64,000 bases of DNA from NCBI GenBank assembly GCA_035084275.1, contig CM068744.1:103106001-103170000 (forward strand), in the 5' to 3' direction. A program made the translations under genes and the position numbers. This DNA comes from Hydrolagus colliei (taxonomy: Eukaryota). Below, one piece after another: positions 10,992-24,180 of the stretch. Each line of letters opens with the position of its first letter. Position 1 is the first letter of the stretch. The notes beneath the pieces are model-generated. The model saw only the letters and a program-made list of their open reading frames with translations. It had not been told where the DNA came from and made no database searches.

Positions 10992-13900
10992 CTGTACAGC
11001 AGGTTAAGGATATCTCCAGAAGCACAAACAAGTAAGCATATTAAACATCCTTAACACCGTGATTAAGCCCACTCTAAAAGTGAGTTCTTAATCAAAACAT
11101 AAATTACATTTTGTTAAGCGAGAACAAATACTTATGTATTGCAAACTCAATTTTTCCATTTCCATCTACTTGCAGTTTTTTCTTTATTTAATCAACATAG
11201 GTACTCTAAATTAAACTACTTAGATGACTTAAGTTCAGTGAAAGTAGATGTCACACACAATAACCAGCATGTATAATTATATCAGTAATACAACAGTTTT
11301 GTAAATCATTAGCAGTTTCACTTAAGCAGAATATATTTTGAAGTATCTAAATAGAAATGGAGGAAATTGATACCAGAATAACTACAGTTAAGTAGAAATG
11401 TCCACTCATATTTACAAGCCTTCTATTATTGCATATGTCTTCAGAATTTAACATGTTGACAAACATTCATCCCATACTGTAAGATGAGGGAACACCTGAG
11501 CAATACTATTTTTTTTAAGGCATATCTCCTCCAGATTACCTCATGGCTGTTGTGGGATATAGCTGGTGCATATGGTTGCTGCATTTGCCTACAAAATAGT
11601 CACTACACTTGACAGTAATTACCCATGAAGTGCTTTAAGACATTTTGACATGTTAAAGCGCTATAAAAACACATGCTCTTTCTTTCACATGCAAATCTTT
11701 GTGCAAGCAGTTCAACCCTAAGTGAGGAAGTGTTTTTCCACAGTCCACCTTTTAACAAAAATCTGGCTGGTGTGTGCCATAAACCTTGAATCAGTCAAAA
11801 CCATTTAAAATGAATTTAACATCGACACCTTAGGAAGAAGGCAATGCACCACTGCACAGTATTCAATTTCAGCAGCATCAAAGTTCATAATTAATGCACA
11901 TCAGACCTGCCACAAAATATTATTTAACCCAAGTTTAAAACTGAGAGAAAACAGCAGCAAAATACTACTCTCCCCCCCCACAAGAAATGCACTGTTAAAA
12001 ATCTCATGACATTATCTGCAATAAAACACCACTGAATTGCTTTCCTATGACCAGAGTAAAATTTGGAAGTGGTGCGGTAATCAAAACCAGTCACCAATAA
12101 GTTAAAATCATGACAGGGTTCAACAACCTGGCAGCTGCCCTAATAGGACCCCTGCTTGTAGCTGCTTTTCATGATGCATTGTGGAGAGCTTTTATTTTCT
12201 CTCTTTGTGTAAAGTTCCACAGAAGCAGTAACAAAATACAGTAATAAATCATGCACAAAATCCTGCTCCTTGTAAAACCTGATGCCATCGCCCATTCTCT
12301 TTCAGAGCGGCAAGTTGACGGACGCACCGATTCAGAAGCACTCAAACAAAACCAGACTACTTAACAGCGTTTCATGAAAAAAAGTCTGAAAATAAAATGA
12401 ATAAATTAACCTCAGCCATTTGCACCAAATGTTTTACTTTCATTTTGTAGTAAATGAATAATTGTCTCTTTCTTCAAATGTTTACTTTTTTGGGGTGGGC
12501 TTTGGGCTATATGAAATTTAGCAGAAACATTTTCTGTCAAACGAATTGTATGTGACATGCAATGGACTAGGAGAAAAGTCTTAAAACAGGGTTGTGTGAA
12601 ACACTCTCAAAAGGTCAAGTTGTGTAAGGTGGATCAGTGCACACCACATCGCAAGATATTTTATTTCACAATTCTTTCTAAGCTCATCAATAAACGGTAT
12701 AATTGAAACCTGGGCCAGTTTATTTATTGTTAGGCCATTGTCAAAAGAGACTCAAAATTCTGATGACCCAAGTTAATGAATAGCCTGCTTAATTTGGGAA
12801 GAGCAGGGGCACACATTCTCTGTCAATTCTGTAGGGACCAACTGATGCCATTCAGAAGTCATTAGGAGCCTTCTTTTCCTGCAATACATGCTGGCTGTTG
12901 CTAGGCCTCTTCACTCCATATTGCCACAGCAAGCCACTGGCCTCGTCAACAGCAGGCTGTTGGGCTGGTGTGTCCGTCTGGCGAACAGGCGCTTTGACAC
13001 TAAGCTGGCACGTGCTGTCGCAGCAGGAGTAGGCTTGGGCGTGACAAATTGTTGAAAGAGCTCAGCTAAAGTTGAGGCCGGGAGCCACCTGAGCCTCAAG
13101 TCCTCTATAGGCCTGTCATCAGTTGCCAATTCATTGCTTGGCCAATAGTCTGTAGTCAGCTTCTGGGCTGAGTTTAAACAAGGCAGAAACAATATAAAGC
13201 CCTTTCAGGAGATGGCTAATAACACCCTGCTGTTTAATGAAAGGCCCTGCATAACTAACACATAAGCATACAATGCAGCACACAACTGCTAACAAAACAG
13301 AGACATTCACTAAATAATGTATGCAAAGACAGTAAGACTCGGGGCTCCAAATTGATGTAGACCCAAATGATCTAGTACAATAGCCAGTTCACTTATGAAG
13401 GCAAGCAGCAGCCACTAATGTGGACCGTGACAACTTGCGTGATTTTGAAGGAAGCAGCAGGAACAATGGTACATTGCTGCATGTATGAGGACTTTTACCC
13501 AATTTATGCCTTAACCATTAAAGAACTCACAAATCTATTTGTTATATATAAACTAGGATAGGACTTAAGTCAAAATAATTTAGTTGATAAAAATAGCAAA
13601 AATTAAAGTATCTTTTAAGCTCTTTCTCGTAATAGATTTTAGTTTTTTCTTAAGGTTAAAGGAATAGATGAAAGCCATCCAATTTAATTTTACAACAAAA
13701 ACTCTGTAAATCAAAATTTTGAGATGAGTTACACCAAAAGTGAACTTTTCCCATTCTATTTGTTCAAAGCAGCTTTAGAAATACAAAGATGTTTCAATCC
13801 CTATACAAAAGGGTTTCTCTCAATACTCTACATATACAAATACATATTCTATTCGGTACCTGCTTATTGGATAATAATCTAAAATACTGAGGGATGAATG

Positions 13901-15494
13901 AAATATTTGTATTATCAGCATTAAATGTGATTACTGTTTTAAATGAGAAAAACGATTAAATCAAAATGATGAACAGAAGGATGAGTCCGTTAACATTATG
14001 ACAGCCTTAGACAATGACAATAATTCAAGATACGATATGCAGTTATACTCAATGTAAAGAATACTGAAGACATTTAAAAGAAATAACCATTCTTCTTTTG
14101 ATGCATAAATGAATTTTACAGAAGCAACCATTATCAAATTTTACATGAAAAATTCCTTTACAATTCAATTAATTCTTTATGTTGCAGCTTAGAGGCCAAC
14201 ACAGAATGCAAAAGGCACATCGAGTCCAGATTGCCATAGCAACTAGTGCCAATAAGAATGAGTCACTTTGGGGGTAAGTGCATTAGTGAACAACGTAAAC
14301 ACAGGCATGCAAAAAGGACACTTAATGAGAAATCCATCAAATGATTAATACTCAGTGAAAAGAGGGGAAAGTAGTAAAAATGAAGAAAGGATAGTAGCAC
14401 ACGATTCTTTCTGGTCTTTGTAAAATCAACCTTTAATAATAATTTAAAAAATCAAAGCTAAATGATAAAATAATTCTGCAGCATGGAACAAAATGTAAAT
14501 AAAACCATATGGCACACCAGTATCATAATCGCACATTTTTTTTGCAGGTCTGCTATTGAGAATTCTTGAGCAAATATTGATTGAAGTAGGAACAGATGTG
14601 ATTTCCGTCAGATAGGATACACCTACGCAGGAGGAACAGTTTGTTGCATGCTGGATAATCTAACAGAACTGGACAATGCAAGTAAAATTTGACTACTGGA
14701 AACAAAAATCTTGATTTGCCAAGCAATTTAAAGATGCTGAAGAAAGTAAAAGCTACAAAATATTCTTAAGTCAGCACTGCTACAGTACGTCCTACTGACC
14801 AAAATGCTCACTTGCCTGTTAAAATTACAACTGTACTTCAAACTGAAACAGTACCAATGAAACAATTTAATTTTGTTATTTGGGCCGACATGTTGTTTTC
14901 AGCCAGATAAAGTATACAGTGTGCATTAATTGGTGCAATTTCAGAAACTGTAATACAACCTTTAGTTTTATAAAAGCCATACTGAGTTTACAAAAGTGCT
15001 GAAACCACCTTGGGGAAGTAGGCTCACAGATTTATTTGGACCACCAGATCCCTCTACTTCTTCACTCCTTTTAGTTTTTTTGTCTCTCACTCCTGTAAGT
15101 ATTTTACTCTTCAGGCATTTACCTGAAAATCAAGGTTCACATTTATTGGGCATTAAACTGCCACTTCCTTTACCCGACCATTTTCTAGTCTATCTTAAGT
15201 CCTCACAAAGTCTTATGCTATTACTTTTTAAATACCTCGCAATTTAGTATCAACAAGCTTTACTGTTTCCCTCTTATATCCATGCATATTGCAGAACACA
15301 GTGGTGCTTTATAGACCCCCAGAGCACAACACAAGTTCCCTTCAATTGTTCCATTCTACCTGTCTGAAAAATATACATCATGTTTGTCCCTTATCTAATG
15401 TGTTCAACATACTTCAAAATAAATGTGACAGCAGTATTGGCATACTTTTAACAAAAACAGTGAGGACATTTTAGTGAAGATGATTTCCGATCTT

Positions 15495-15770
15495 TAACAA
15501 CAAATTGCATTTATATGGCATCTTTCATATTGGCTGCGTCCCAAAGTGCTGGATAGTCAAGAGTTTGCACCAGAGCTGGGGGTTGGAATCAAGAGGGTTG
15601 GGGGCAGGAGGATGACCAAAGGTCTTGAGACAGGCTTTAAAGGAGGTAAGAGAGGGGGCGAGGGGAAGGGCTTCCAGGATGGAGAGTGGGAGTAGAACTG
15701 CTTTCAGCACCTTGGGAAGTCCTCCTGACGTGAAAGGCGTTATACAATTTTGTTGTTGTTGTTGTTTGTT
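15495..15770. mobile_element. Two L2 LINE 3'-end fragments in opposite orientation
   Basis: Minus-strand tail aacaacaaattgcatttatatggc from about 15496; plus-strand tail gcaccttgggaagtcctcctgacgtgaaaggcgttat..(ttg)n at about 15706-15768. Confidence 0.75.
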
Positions 15771-15812
15771 CCAAACAAGAATACACAAACTTAAAGTTTT
15801 TTGGTATCAAAT

Positions 15813-15960
15813 TATAATAAGAATCCTTGCATTTGATATAGCCCCTTATCAACGTCATTGAGATGTCTCAAAGCGCTTCACAGAATATTACAAGGTGGAT
15901 TGACTGTATTTTGTGTTTGGATTGCATCCAAGTTTTGCATAGCAGTGTCGTGGATTGAGT
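15813..15960 (-). mobile_element. SINE 3' fragment
   Basis: aatccttgcatttgatatagc..gatgtctcaaagcgcttcacagaatat. Confidence 0.75.
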
Positions 15961-16671
15961 GGATTTATTTTTAATAAATAATCTTTGGATTACATCCAAC
16001 AGCAGTTTCTACAAAATAAGAATATAGGCAAAATGTCATCCTCCATAATATTGGATAATTATTTTGAGTCAGCAATTATTACCGTATCCCAATGATTATA
16101 GATGATTTCAACTAAAGGTCAGCTGTACGAGTGATGTCAGAATACGAAAGTACAGTTCCTGTATATCACTAGTAAGTAATGATAAATGCTATCTTGGTGA
16201 GGGGGATTAAATGCAGTAACCAAGATTGGAATTTGAGAGAATGAGGGCATGGTCGGAGAACCCCAGTGTCAATCTTAGATGCACATAGGTTTTGCAAAAC
16301 ATGGAGTAATCATACTGAATAGAAGTGCTTTACACTGAGGTGTTGAGTGACCACAACAGTAACCTCAGGCTGCCTGTGCATCCTGCCTTCTCAACAGATA
16401 TTTTAGATGGCTGTGATGATTCACTTCTATCTACATTGTACGTTGTTGACTGCTCTCAAATTATGTTCTGTTATTCCTCAAATGTTTGGAATGGGAGAAC
16501 AGCGATCCCAACACTTAATATAATTAGCCTTACATTGAATGTAGCATCTTAAAGTGCTTCACATAATACACTGCAAAATAATTTGTATTTTGTGGTCACT
16601 TTGCAGCATTTCTAATCTATATGCACTTCCTTGACATAATCTGTATATATCCAAATGTATGGTGGATGATT

Positions 16672-16988
16672 TAATAATAATAATCCTTGCATTTGATATA
16701 TGTAGCACTTTTTACATCTTATCGACGTCTCAAAGAGCTTCACAGAATATACTGTAAAGTGAATTGACTGTATATTTGTGGGTGAAACGTGGCAGCCAAT
16801 TGCGCACAGCAGTGTCCCACAAACAGTCTTAGATTAAAATGACTAATTTTTATTATAGATATTGTGTTTTTTGGGGGACGGATTATTATTTGGCGTGTGG
16901 AGTAAAGAAACCTGCCCTGATCTACCTGGATTCGAACACAGGTCTCACACTTGTAAGGTGAGTGCTCTAACCACTGAGCTACAGGATA
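16672..16988 (-). mobile_element. Near full-length tRNA-derived SINE (Deu-domain-like body, L2-type tail)
   Basis: Minus strand head tcctgtagctcagtggttagagc (A box) and gttcgaatcc (B box); body tgtttgtgggacactgctgtgcgcaattggctgcc; (ATT)n tail. Confidence 0.88.
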
Positions 16989-17235
16989 TCCAACTCTAAC
17001 ACTACAGTCATGACAGACCGACCGTCAGTCAGTCTCATGACCTAGATAAGCCCAAACATCCTTCAACTGAATACTAACTAAACGGATACAATTTTGCTCA
17101 AGTCTCACTGAGCCTGCTCAACACTGTCTCAGAGTGTATCAGCCTCCCTTGTGTCTGTTCACTCCATCTCATAGAAACAATGGAATTTTGTTTTTTTTCC
17201 TTGGCTATCCCTTAAGCTTTTTAACTTGTCATTAC

Positions 17236-17445
17236 AAATGATCCTTGCATTTAACACGGCACTCACCACATTGGCAAGCTGTCTCAAGTGCTTCAGCAGA
17301 TTTACTGTTAAATATAGTAACTGTGTATTTTGAGGGTGAACATAGTAGTCAATCTATGTGCAGCAAAGTCCCATAAACAACCTTGACGTGAATAACCAAT
17401 TTTACCCAGGGGAGCTGTTGCCCAGGACACGAGAATTCTTTGAAC
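17236..17445 (-). mobile_element. Degenerate SINE copy
   Basis: atccttgcattt..gtctcaagtgcttc..gtgcagcaaagtcccataaacaa. Confidence 0.6.
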
Positions 17446-18029
17446 TATCCAACAAGGAATCCCCGATAATACACATAAGTTTTACAACAAGCATATTTGC
17501 AAATATTTTATCAGCTAATTTTCTGCTTAAAGTGATCTAAAATAATTTCTAAAAAGGTTTAAAGTATATTTTTTCATTCATTATATAGTAATGCAAAAAA
17601 TGTTTCCTCCTATAAAGAATTACCTATTTTGTTACATAAATCAACTTTTGTGTTTGGTGTCCACCCCTGGTATCTTCTTTCCAGTCCTGAAATTTGGGGG
17701 GTTTCTAACTGGTCTTATGGCAGTAAGCAAAACACTTCAAATTGCAGAAGTGAGAATTTATTTGAGCATTTTATTAAAATCAGAATTTCCCTCATATATG
17801 TCTGGTACTTTTTTTTCCCTTTTTTTCTTTAACAATAATGTTTTATACTCAAGAACAAAACATTCATCCAATAATGAATAATTTAGCAGGAAAAATTTAA
17901 AAAAAGAATGTAGAATCACAATGTAGAAATAAACAAAAAATCTTGAGCCCCCACCCCCCCATCCCAGGATACATCTGTACCAGATAATTTATCTTCCATT
18001 CTAAATTATCTTCAGAATTAGGGCCCATG

Positions 18030-18370
18030 AAATTAACGGCAATAAATTAGCATGGATTGAAGAGTGGCTAATAGGAAGAAAGCAGAGAGTAGGGATAAAT
18101 GTTCTATAATATACAATATAACATTCTATAAATGTTCCTCAGATTGGCAGGATGTGACTACTGGAGTGCCACAAGGATCAAGCTTGGGCCTCAACTACTT
18201 ACAATCTATACCAATGATCTAGACGAGGATATATAACTTAAAATACCTAAATTCGCGGATGATACAAACCTAGGTAGGAGAGTAAGCTCCGAGGATGACA
18301 CAAAAAGAATGCAACAGGATGTAGGTAGTCGAGATGGGTGGGCTAGAAGGTGGCAAATGGAATATAAGTG
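18030..18370 (+). mobile_element. Degenerate CR1 LINE RT fragment
   Basis: Broken frames read LAWIEEWL..RKQRVGIN, GVPQGS.LGP, NDLDE, KFADDT.LG. Confidence 0.85.
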
Positions 18371-21300
18371 CATAATCCATTAAACTAACTCCTATTGTAA
18401 AGTGTTGGCTGTCTTCCCTTAATCCACAGTCTCACAGAGCGAAGTGTCATCTGCAAATTAAAATACCTTACACTTATGAAAATCCATTTCATATCTGGGA
18501 CCAGGAAGAATCCCCAACACAAACACCTCAATAACTCCCTTATTCCCTTATCTAGATCCCCTACAACTGTACCAAAGATATGGTTTCATTAACTGTTATC
18601 ATGTACAAAAAAAGCAAATAGTTTTAAAAACAAGAAGCCAGTATTTGAGACACTTTGCTTTTTCAGAGACATTATAGAACAATTTACTGTATAACAAGAT
18701 TCAAGTGTTTAACATTTTAAAATATGTTAAGTAAGACACATTAACAGTATTTTGCAATGTTGATGCTGAGCTAACTAGGTCAGTTGTCTTAATAGATCAA
18801 CTAGACCAAGTGTCTTGACACTGCAGTCATAATTTGAGAGATTCTGCATATATCTGTCTTAAAGGAATTGACCTGTATGTGTAAATGAGACCGATTTCAA
18901 CTACAGCTAGAATATTAAATGTGTTCCATTTATTCTAATAAATATATCTGGAATTTCCATGTACAGGTGGAGCAAAGAAACTCTTGTTTGTTTTAGATAC
19001 TTAGGAGATTGGTGATGGGTTTCCGTATTGTATTCTCCACCCGGGTGATCCAAAAGAAATCTTGGCCCTTGACCAAGTTGCTTTGCACTGAATTTTTATT
19101 TTATTTTATTAAAGGCTCTGTAGGATACCTTTAAAAAGCAGTGAAGCTGTGGCCAAATTTCGATGCGGGGCAAGTAATATTTCTTCCTGCCCTTGCCAAT
19201 TAGTTTGAGACATTCAATCAGTCCGTTTGCCAGTTTCAGAAGACAAATAAGAGCAAAAAACCTACTTCTTACCCAATGCAATAGGAAACATTTCTAAATA
19301 CATGATGTACCACAATCGTATTACTGCAAATTTTGCAGGCCATATCCACCCAGAATATTTTAAGATACCTATTAGAAAATACTGTATGCATCATCTTCGT
19401 ATTGTTTTTACAATACATTGCCTGTATACAGTTGACTAACAAGTTGCTTCACAAGAATTTTCCACCAAGTGGCCTTGCTGTGTGCAGCATTTAACTATGA
19501 AGAGCTTTGAGACATTGATGTTAGACACAATGTATCAAGTACTTGTTAGTCCAAAGGTATATTAGCGCCTTATGTCAAAATTCTCAAAGTAGCTCGCAAA
19601 ATTTCTGTAAAGTGTAGTGACTGCGTTATTCTAATAAAATGCCAAACTGCAATTTTTTTAAAATCTGAGAGATTGTTGGCCAGGAGACTAGGAGAAACTC
19701 CTCTCATTCTGAAGAGTGTTGTAGGATCTATTCAGTTCCCTTGTGAATTGTCTAAAGCAATCTGCCGTACTCTGAGAGTCTATTCTACATTTGTCACAAA
19801 TTCACTACATTGTAGTAAAGTAACTGAATCTGAACCAGAGATGTCACCACCGACCATTTTGAGCTTGAGACCATAACCAACTAACGACAACAAACAATTA
19901 ACAAACTAACTCCTTGTATCCGATATTATTTTCTGTATACAGTTCAACCTTCAAACATGTCTACTCCTTGAAAGGACACCTGCCTGTGGAGCCAAAACAA
20001 CATTTGATACAAGTGGATGTAATCTATTGATATAGGTCAGGGAAGCTCTGAGGATAATATGACAGGAGCCATGAAGTATTCCCAGTAATCAAGAGGAGTG
20101 TTTCTAAATCAAATTATAGACTTTATTTTAATGCTGGTGATATCTGAGGTAGATTTTACTGTTCAAGAGTGTTGTACAAAATGACATTTACTCAATTGTC
20201 GGCTAACTGTCATAATCAGTACCTATGGGTCCAGACACACTTTTCCTGAAACCTAATTGTAATGATTGAAATTTGTAATCACAAAAATATAAAATTAGCT
20301 CAAATTATACAGATTGTTAGTGGATAAAATTGTACATCTTCAAAAATGAACAAGCCATAAGCAGAGTACACATCATAGTAATAATATCCAACTCATAAAA
20401 TCAATTCAAATCATAGCAAACTTTTTATGGCTGATAATTTCTTGTGCTTGAAACAATGCTTTAATGCTAGGTTGACAATAACTGAGGTATATTAAATGTG
20501 TTTAAATAACATTTGATATAGCAAGAGATCTCTTATGGAAAGGTAATTGCTTATTCAAACAAAGGGTTAAACTGCAGTATAAACTATGCCAATGTCAGAG
20601 CATTACCAAGCATACCACAGATGCCCATATCCTGCATGGAATTCGTCCCTTCAAGTCATTAGAATGCTGTAAACATCTAATTAATTTCATCAGATCACAA
20701 GCCTTAATGAAGTGTTAACAGCCAATGCAGTGAGAGACTATGTACAGAAGGCATATGGAGCTGCATTCATGTATAGTAAAATTATCCCATTGCCTTGTAA
20801 ACCCTTGCCCAACAGGTATTCAATAATGCCACCAGTCCATATGGCTGCATTATCTCTCCCCTCTACTTTAGCTATGAAATCAGATTCCCCTTCCCAAGGT
20901 TTAAAAATACATTCTGGGTGACTTAAAAATGACAAGGTTCAAGTCATTAAGAAAAATAACATTTCAAAATTTATTAATTGGTTTTCAAAAAAAAGCTTTT
21001 CTTTTTCAATTCAATGTTTTTAATGGACTTTAAGCAGGATGCAAAGAATAGAGCAGATAACATGATATATAAAACGTCAGCATCAGCAGCAAGCACACCT
21101 TGTAAACTCAACAAATAACACTGCTGTATCACGCAAATACGCTCATCTATCCGTATTCCTCAAAAGGATTCAGTGTGACCCATATTAGATTTGCAGTCTT
21201 TAATTTACTGAGAGAAAGCAAAATCTTTGCTTCCAGTTTATTTACAAAATAGACGTATTTTCAGTAGTACTCAGAGAACCCGTAGTCCTGCCAGCACAGA

Positions 21301-22179
21301 AGCAGCACGTGGTTTTATGAATCTGGGGTGCTGACTGTTGTCACAAAACAATGTTAGAATGATGGAACTCTCAAAACGCCTTATTGGCACATGTATTCTG
21401 TGCTTCTCAGTTCATTTTATACAAAATATGCCTACTGATGCTAAAAATGCAGTACTGTACAAATTAAGGGTACCATTGAGTGAAAGTTGGCCACATTGGA
21501 ATGTTTTGCAGTACAAATTCAAAGAGGAAATCAACAAAGCTAACCTGTGGTGGGGGAGGGATGACATAAGCAACAATTAGATAAAATAGGGCTTCTGATC
21601 CTTTTTGTCTGAGTTGAAATCAAATCAAAGATCCTCGCACTCTCTCCTTACCTAATGTATCTTTTCTCAGGAGTTCATGACTATAAAACATCCTCCTAGT
21701 CTTTTAAAATTAAATCCTGATCTAACCTGACAGATGTGTCCTGTCCTCTCAAACTCCTTCAGACGTGGTTATGTTCTGCACTGTAAACTTGCCCTTTTAT
21801 TCAGGGTTTCTGATGAAATACACATTCCTTGGTGCTAGGTAGCTTGCATCAATTCATAAACATATGGTCAATGTGAATCATGTCAGCCTTCAGCACAACA
21901 TGGAACACCAGACAGTGTTGACTAGTGAAGTTGTTTTAGTTTTTTTTTAAATTAAGCACAAAACGCGTCAACAACAACTTCGCAAAACCCATTTTTGGAT
22001 ATTCATGTTAATTAACCATGTTTGTATGGCTGGGTAGATTGACCGCATTTGGTAATATAGGAATTAGTCCAGTTTCTCCTCATCAAGTGCAGCAAGACTG
22101 AACTGTTCAGTAATGTGAAAACTGGCACGTATGCATGTTGGTGGAGAGCTAATGTTCATTGAAGCAGTTGCCCATTAGC

Positions 22180-23756
22180 CCACTCCTCATCAGGCTCCAC
22201 AGGCTCCTTGACAGCAAATTGATTTCAAGATCCTTAACCTCACCTACAAATCCTTTCACATTCTAACACCTACCTCTCTCTGATCTCGTCCCCCCCCACT
22301 CTATTCATCACCGCTGACTGCCTTCCTTGGGATTGTTGTGCACAACTGCCCTACCGATAAAACCAATTCAGACAGAGCTTTCCAGTTCATTGGCCCTAAC
22401 CTCTCCCTTCTGTGTCTTTAAAACCTACCTCTTCAATTGTGTTTATGATCACCTCTGCTTTTGCTCCTTCCCTTCTGGTTGGCATCTGCTTTTGCCACTG
22501 TAATGCGTTTCTGTGATCAGGGTTCTCTGCCTCCTTGTCCTCCTCGACCTCTCTGCTGCTTTCCACCGCTCAATCCTCCTACACCGTCTCTACTCCCAGC
22601 TCAATCTTACGGACCTGCCCTTACCTGGTTCAACTTTTACCTTTCTCACAGTATCCATTTTGTTGCCACCAACCGCTTCTCTTCCAGTCCCTGCAATGTC
22701 ACCTGTGGCATCCCCAGGGCTCTGTGCTTGGCCCATACTTAACACCTACATGCTTCCCCTTGGTGATCATCTGCAGACATGGGGTACGTGGATGACACCC
22801 AACTCTATCTTTTTGCCTCTACCCTCAACTCCAGGACCACTACCTAGTAGTGGTACTAGGTAGTGGTTGTGACAGACATTAAGTCCTGGATGAGAGCTAA
22901 CTTTCTACAGTTGAATGTCAACAAGACTGAGGCCCTCCTGATTGGCTCACACCAGTGCCTTCAGGCATCAGCAGCATCAACCTCTATGGTTGCACACTCA
23001 ACCTCACCAAGCCAGTCAGGAACCTAGGTGTCTTGTTCAATCCTTAACAATCTTTCCTCCCTCACATCCAAGCAATGACCCGCTCTGCTTTCCATTACTC
23101 TGTAATTGGTCGATCCTGCCATTACCTCAACACCCAGGCCTTTGAAACCCTCATTCACGCCTCCATCACATCCAGGCTCGACTATGCCAATGCCCTGCTT
23201 AATTGGCCTTCCCAATTCCTCCCTCCATAGGTTGCAGATAATCTAGAATTCTGCGGCTGAAGTCCTCTACCGCTCCAAGCTTCGTGACCCCAACTCCCCC
23301 ATCCTCGCCCAACTCCATTGGCTCCCTATCACCCAGAGGATCCAATTCAAGACCCTGGTTCTCACATTCAAAGTCCTCCATAGCCTCGCCCCACCCTATC
23401 TCTATGACCACCTAACCCCCTACTAATCTGCCCACTGCTCCACGTGCTCTGGCCTGCTCCATGTCCCCCGATCCACCCACCCCACCATTGGCGGGCGAGC
23501 TTTCAGCACTCTACCCCCAACCTCTGGAACTCCTTCCCGCAGTCCCTCCGCCTTGCTCGGTCCCTGGCCTCCTCAAAGTCTTGACTCAAGACCCCTCTCT
23601 TCGACGGTCCCATCAGTCACCCCAAATCCCCCCACTTTCCCTCCATCCTCCACGTACCCAAGCCCAGCTCGGGTCTGAAACAATGACTGTCCAGCGCCTT
23701 GGGATGTCCTCCTAACGTGAAAAGCGCTATACAAGTGTAATTTTGTTGTTATTGTT
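22180..23756 (+). mobile_element. L2 LINE 3' fragments (older 22180-22460; longer 22512-23756 with tail)
   Basis: [30 protein letters not shown] motifs in broken frames; tail gcgccttgggatgtcctcctaacgtgaaaagcgctat..(ttg)n. Confidence 0.88.
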
Positions 23757-23799
23757 AGAGAAATACCCAACAAAAACCTTATTATGCCTTGACTGAATT

Positions 23800-24180
23800 C
23801 AAAACAACAAAATCACATGTATAAAGTGTGGTTCATGTTGGTAGGACATCCCAATGTGTTGAACAGTCAGTTGTAGGGGATAATGTTTGGATGAGGGAGT
23901 GCAAAAGGGTAGGAAGGTGGCTGAAGGAATGGTCAAAACAGAGGGTTTTGAGTCATACCTTGAAGGTGGCAAGAGAGGGAGCAAGCCAAGGGCTGGTGTT
24001 CCAAAGAGTGGGGGAGGAGAAGCTGAAAAGCCAGCCGCCAAACATAGGGTGGGAGACCTGGAGCAGGCCAGAGCCTGCTGAGCAGAGGGAGTGGACAGGT
24101 TCATACGGTGGCGAAGGGGTCAGCAAGTAAGAGATGTAAGTGGGGGCAAGACCCAGGTGGGTCTTTAAAGTGAGGACGAG
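23800..24180 (-). mobile_element. L2 LINE 3' fragment
   Basis: ORF 23953..24213 LVLTLK..GLAPTY..FSFSSPTLWN; (caa)n tail at left. Confidence 0.85.

Noticed and set aside
16925-16988. tRNA gene (A and B boxes; also 32520-32591 and 54607-54680)
   Set aside because: These are SINE heads: no consistent anticodon between copies, no intact acceptor stem, and contiguous with SINE body.
20712-20935. Short ORFs 20712..20921 and 20738..20935
   Set aside because: The minus frame (EYLLGKGLQGNG) looks like a decayed CR1 3' end, not a gene.
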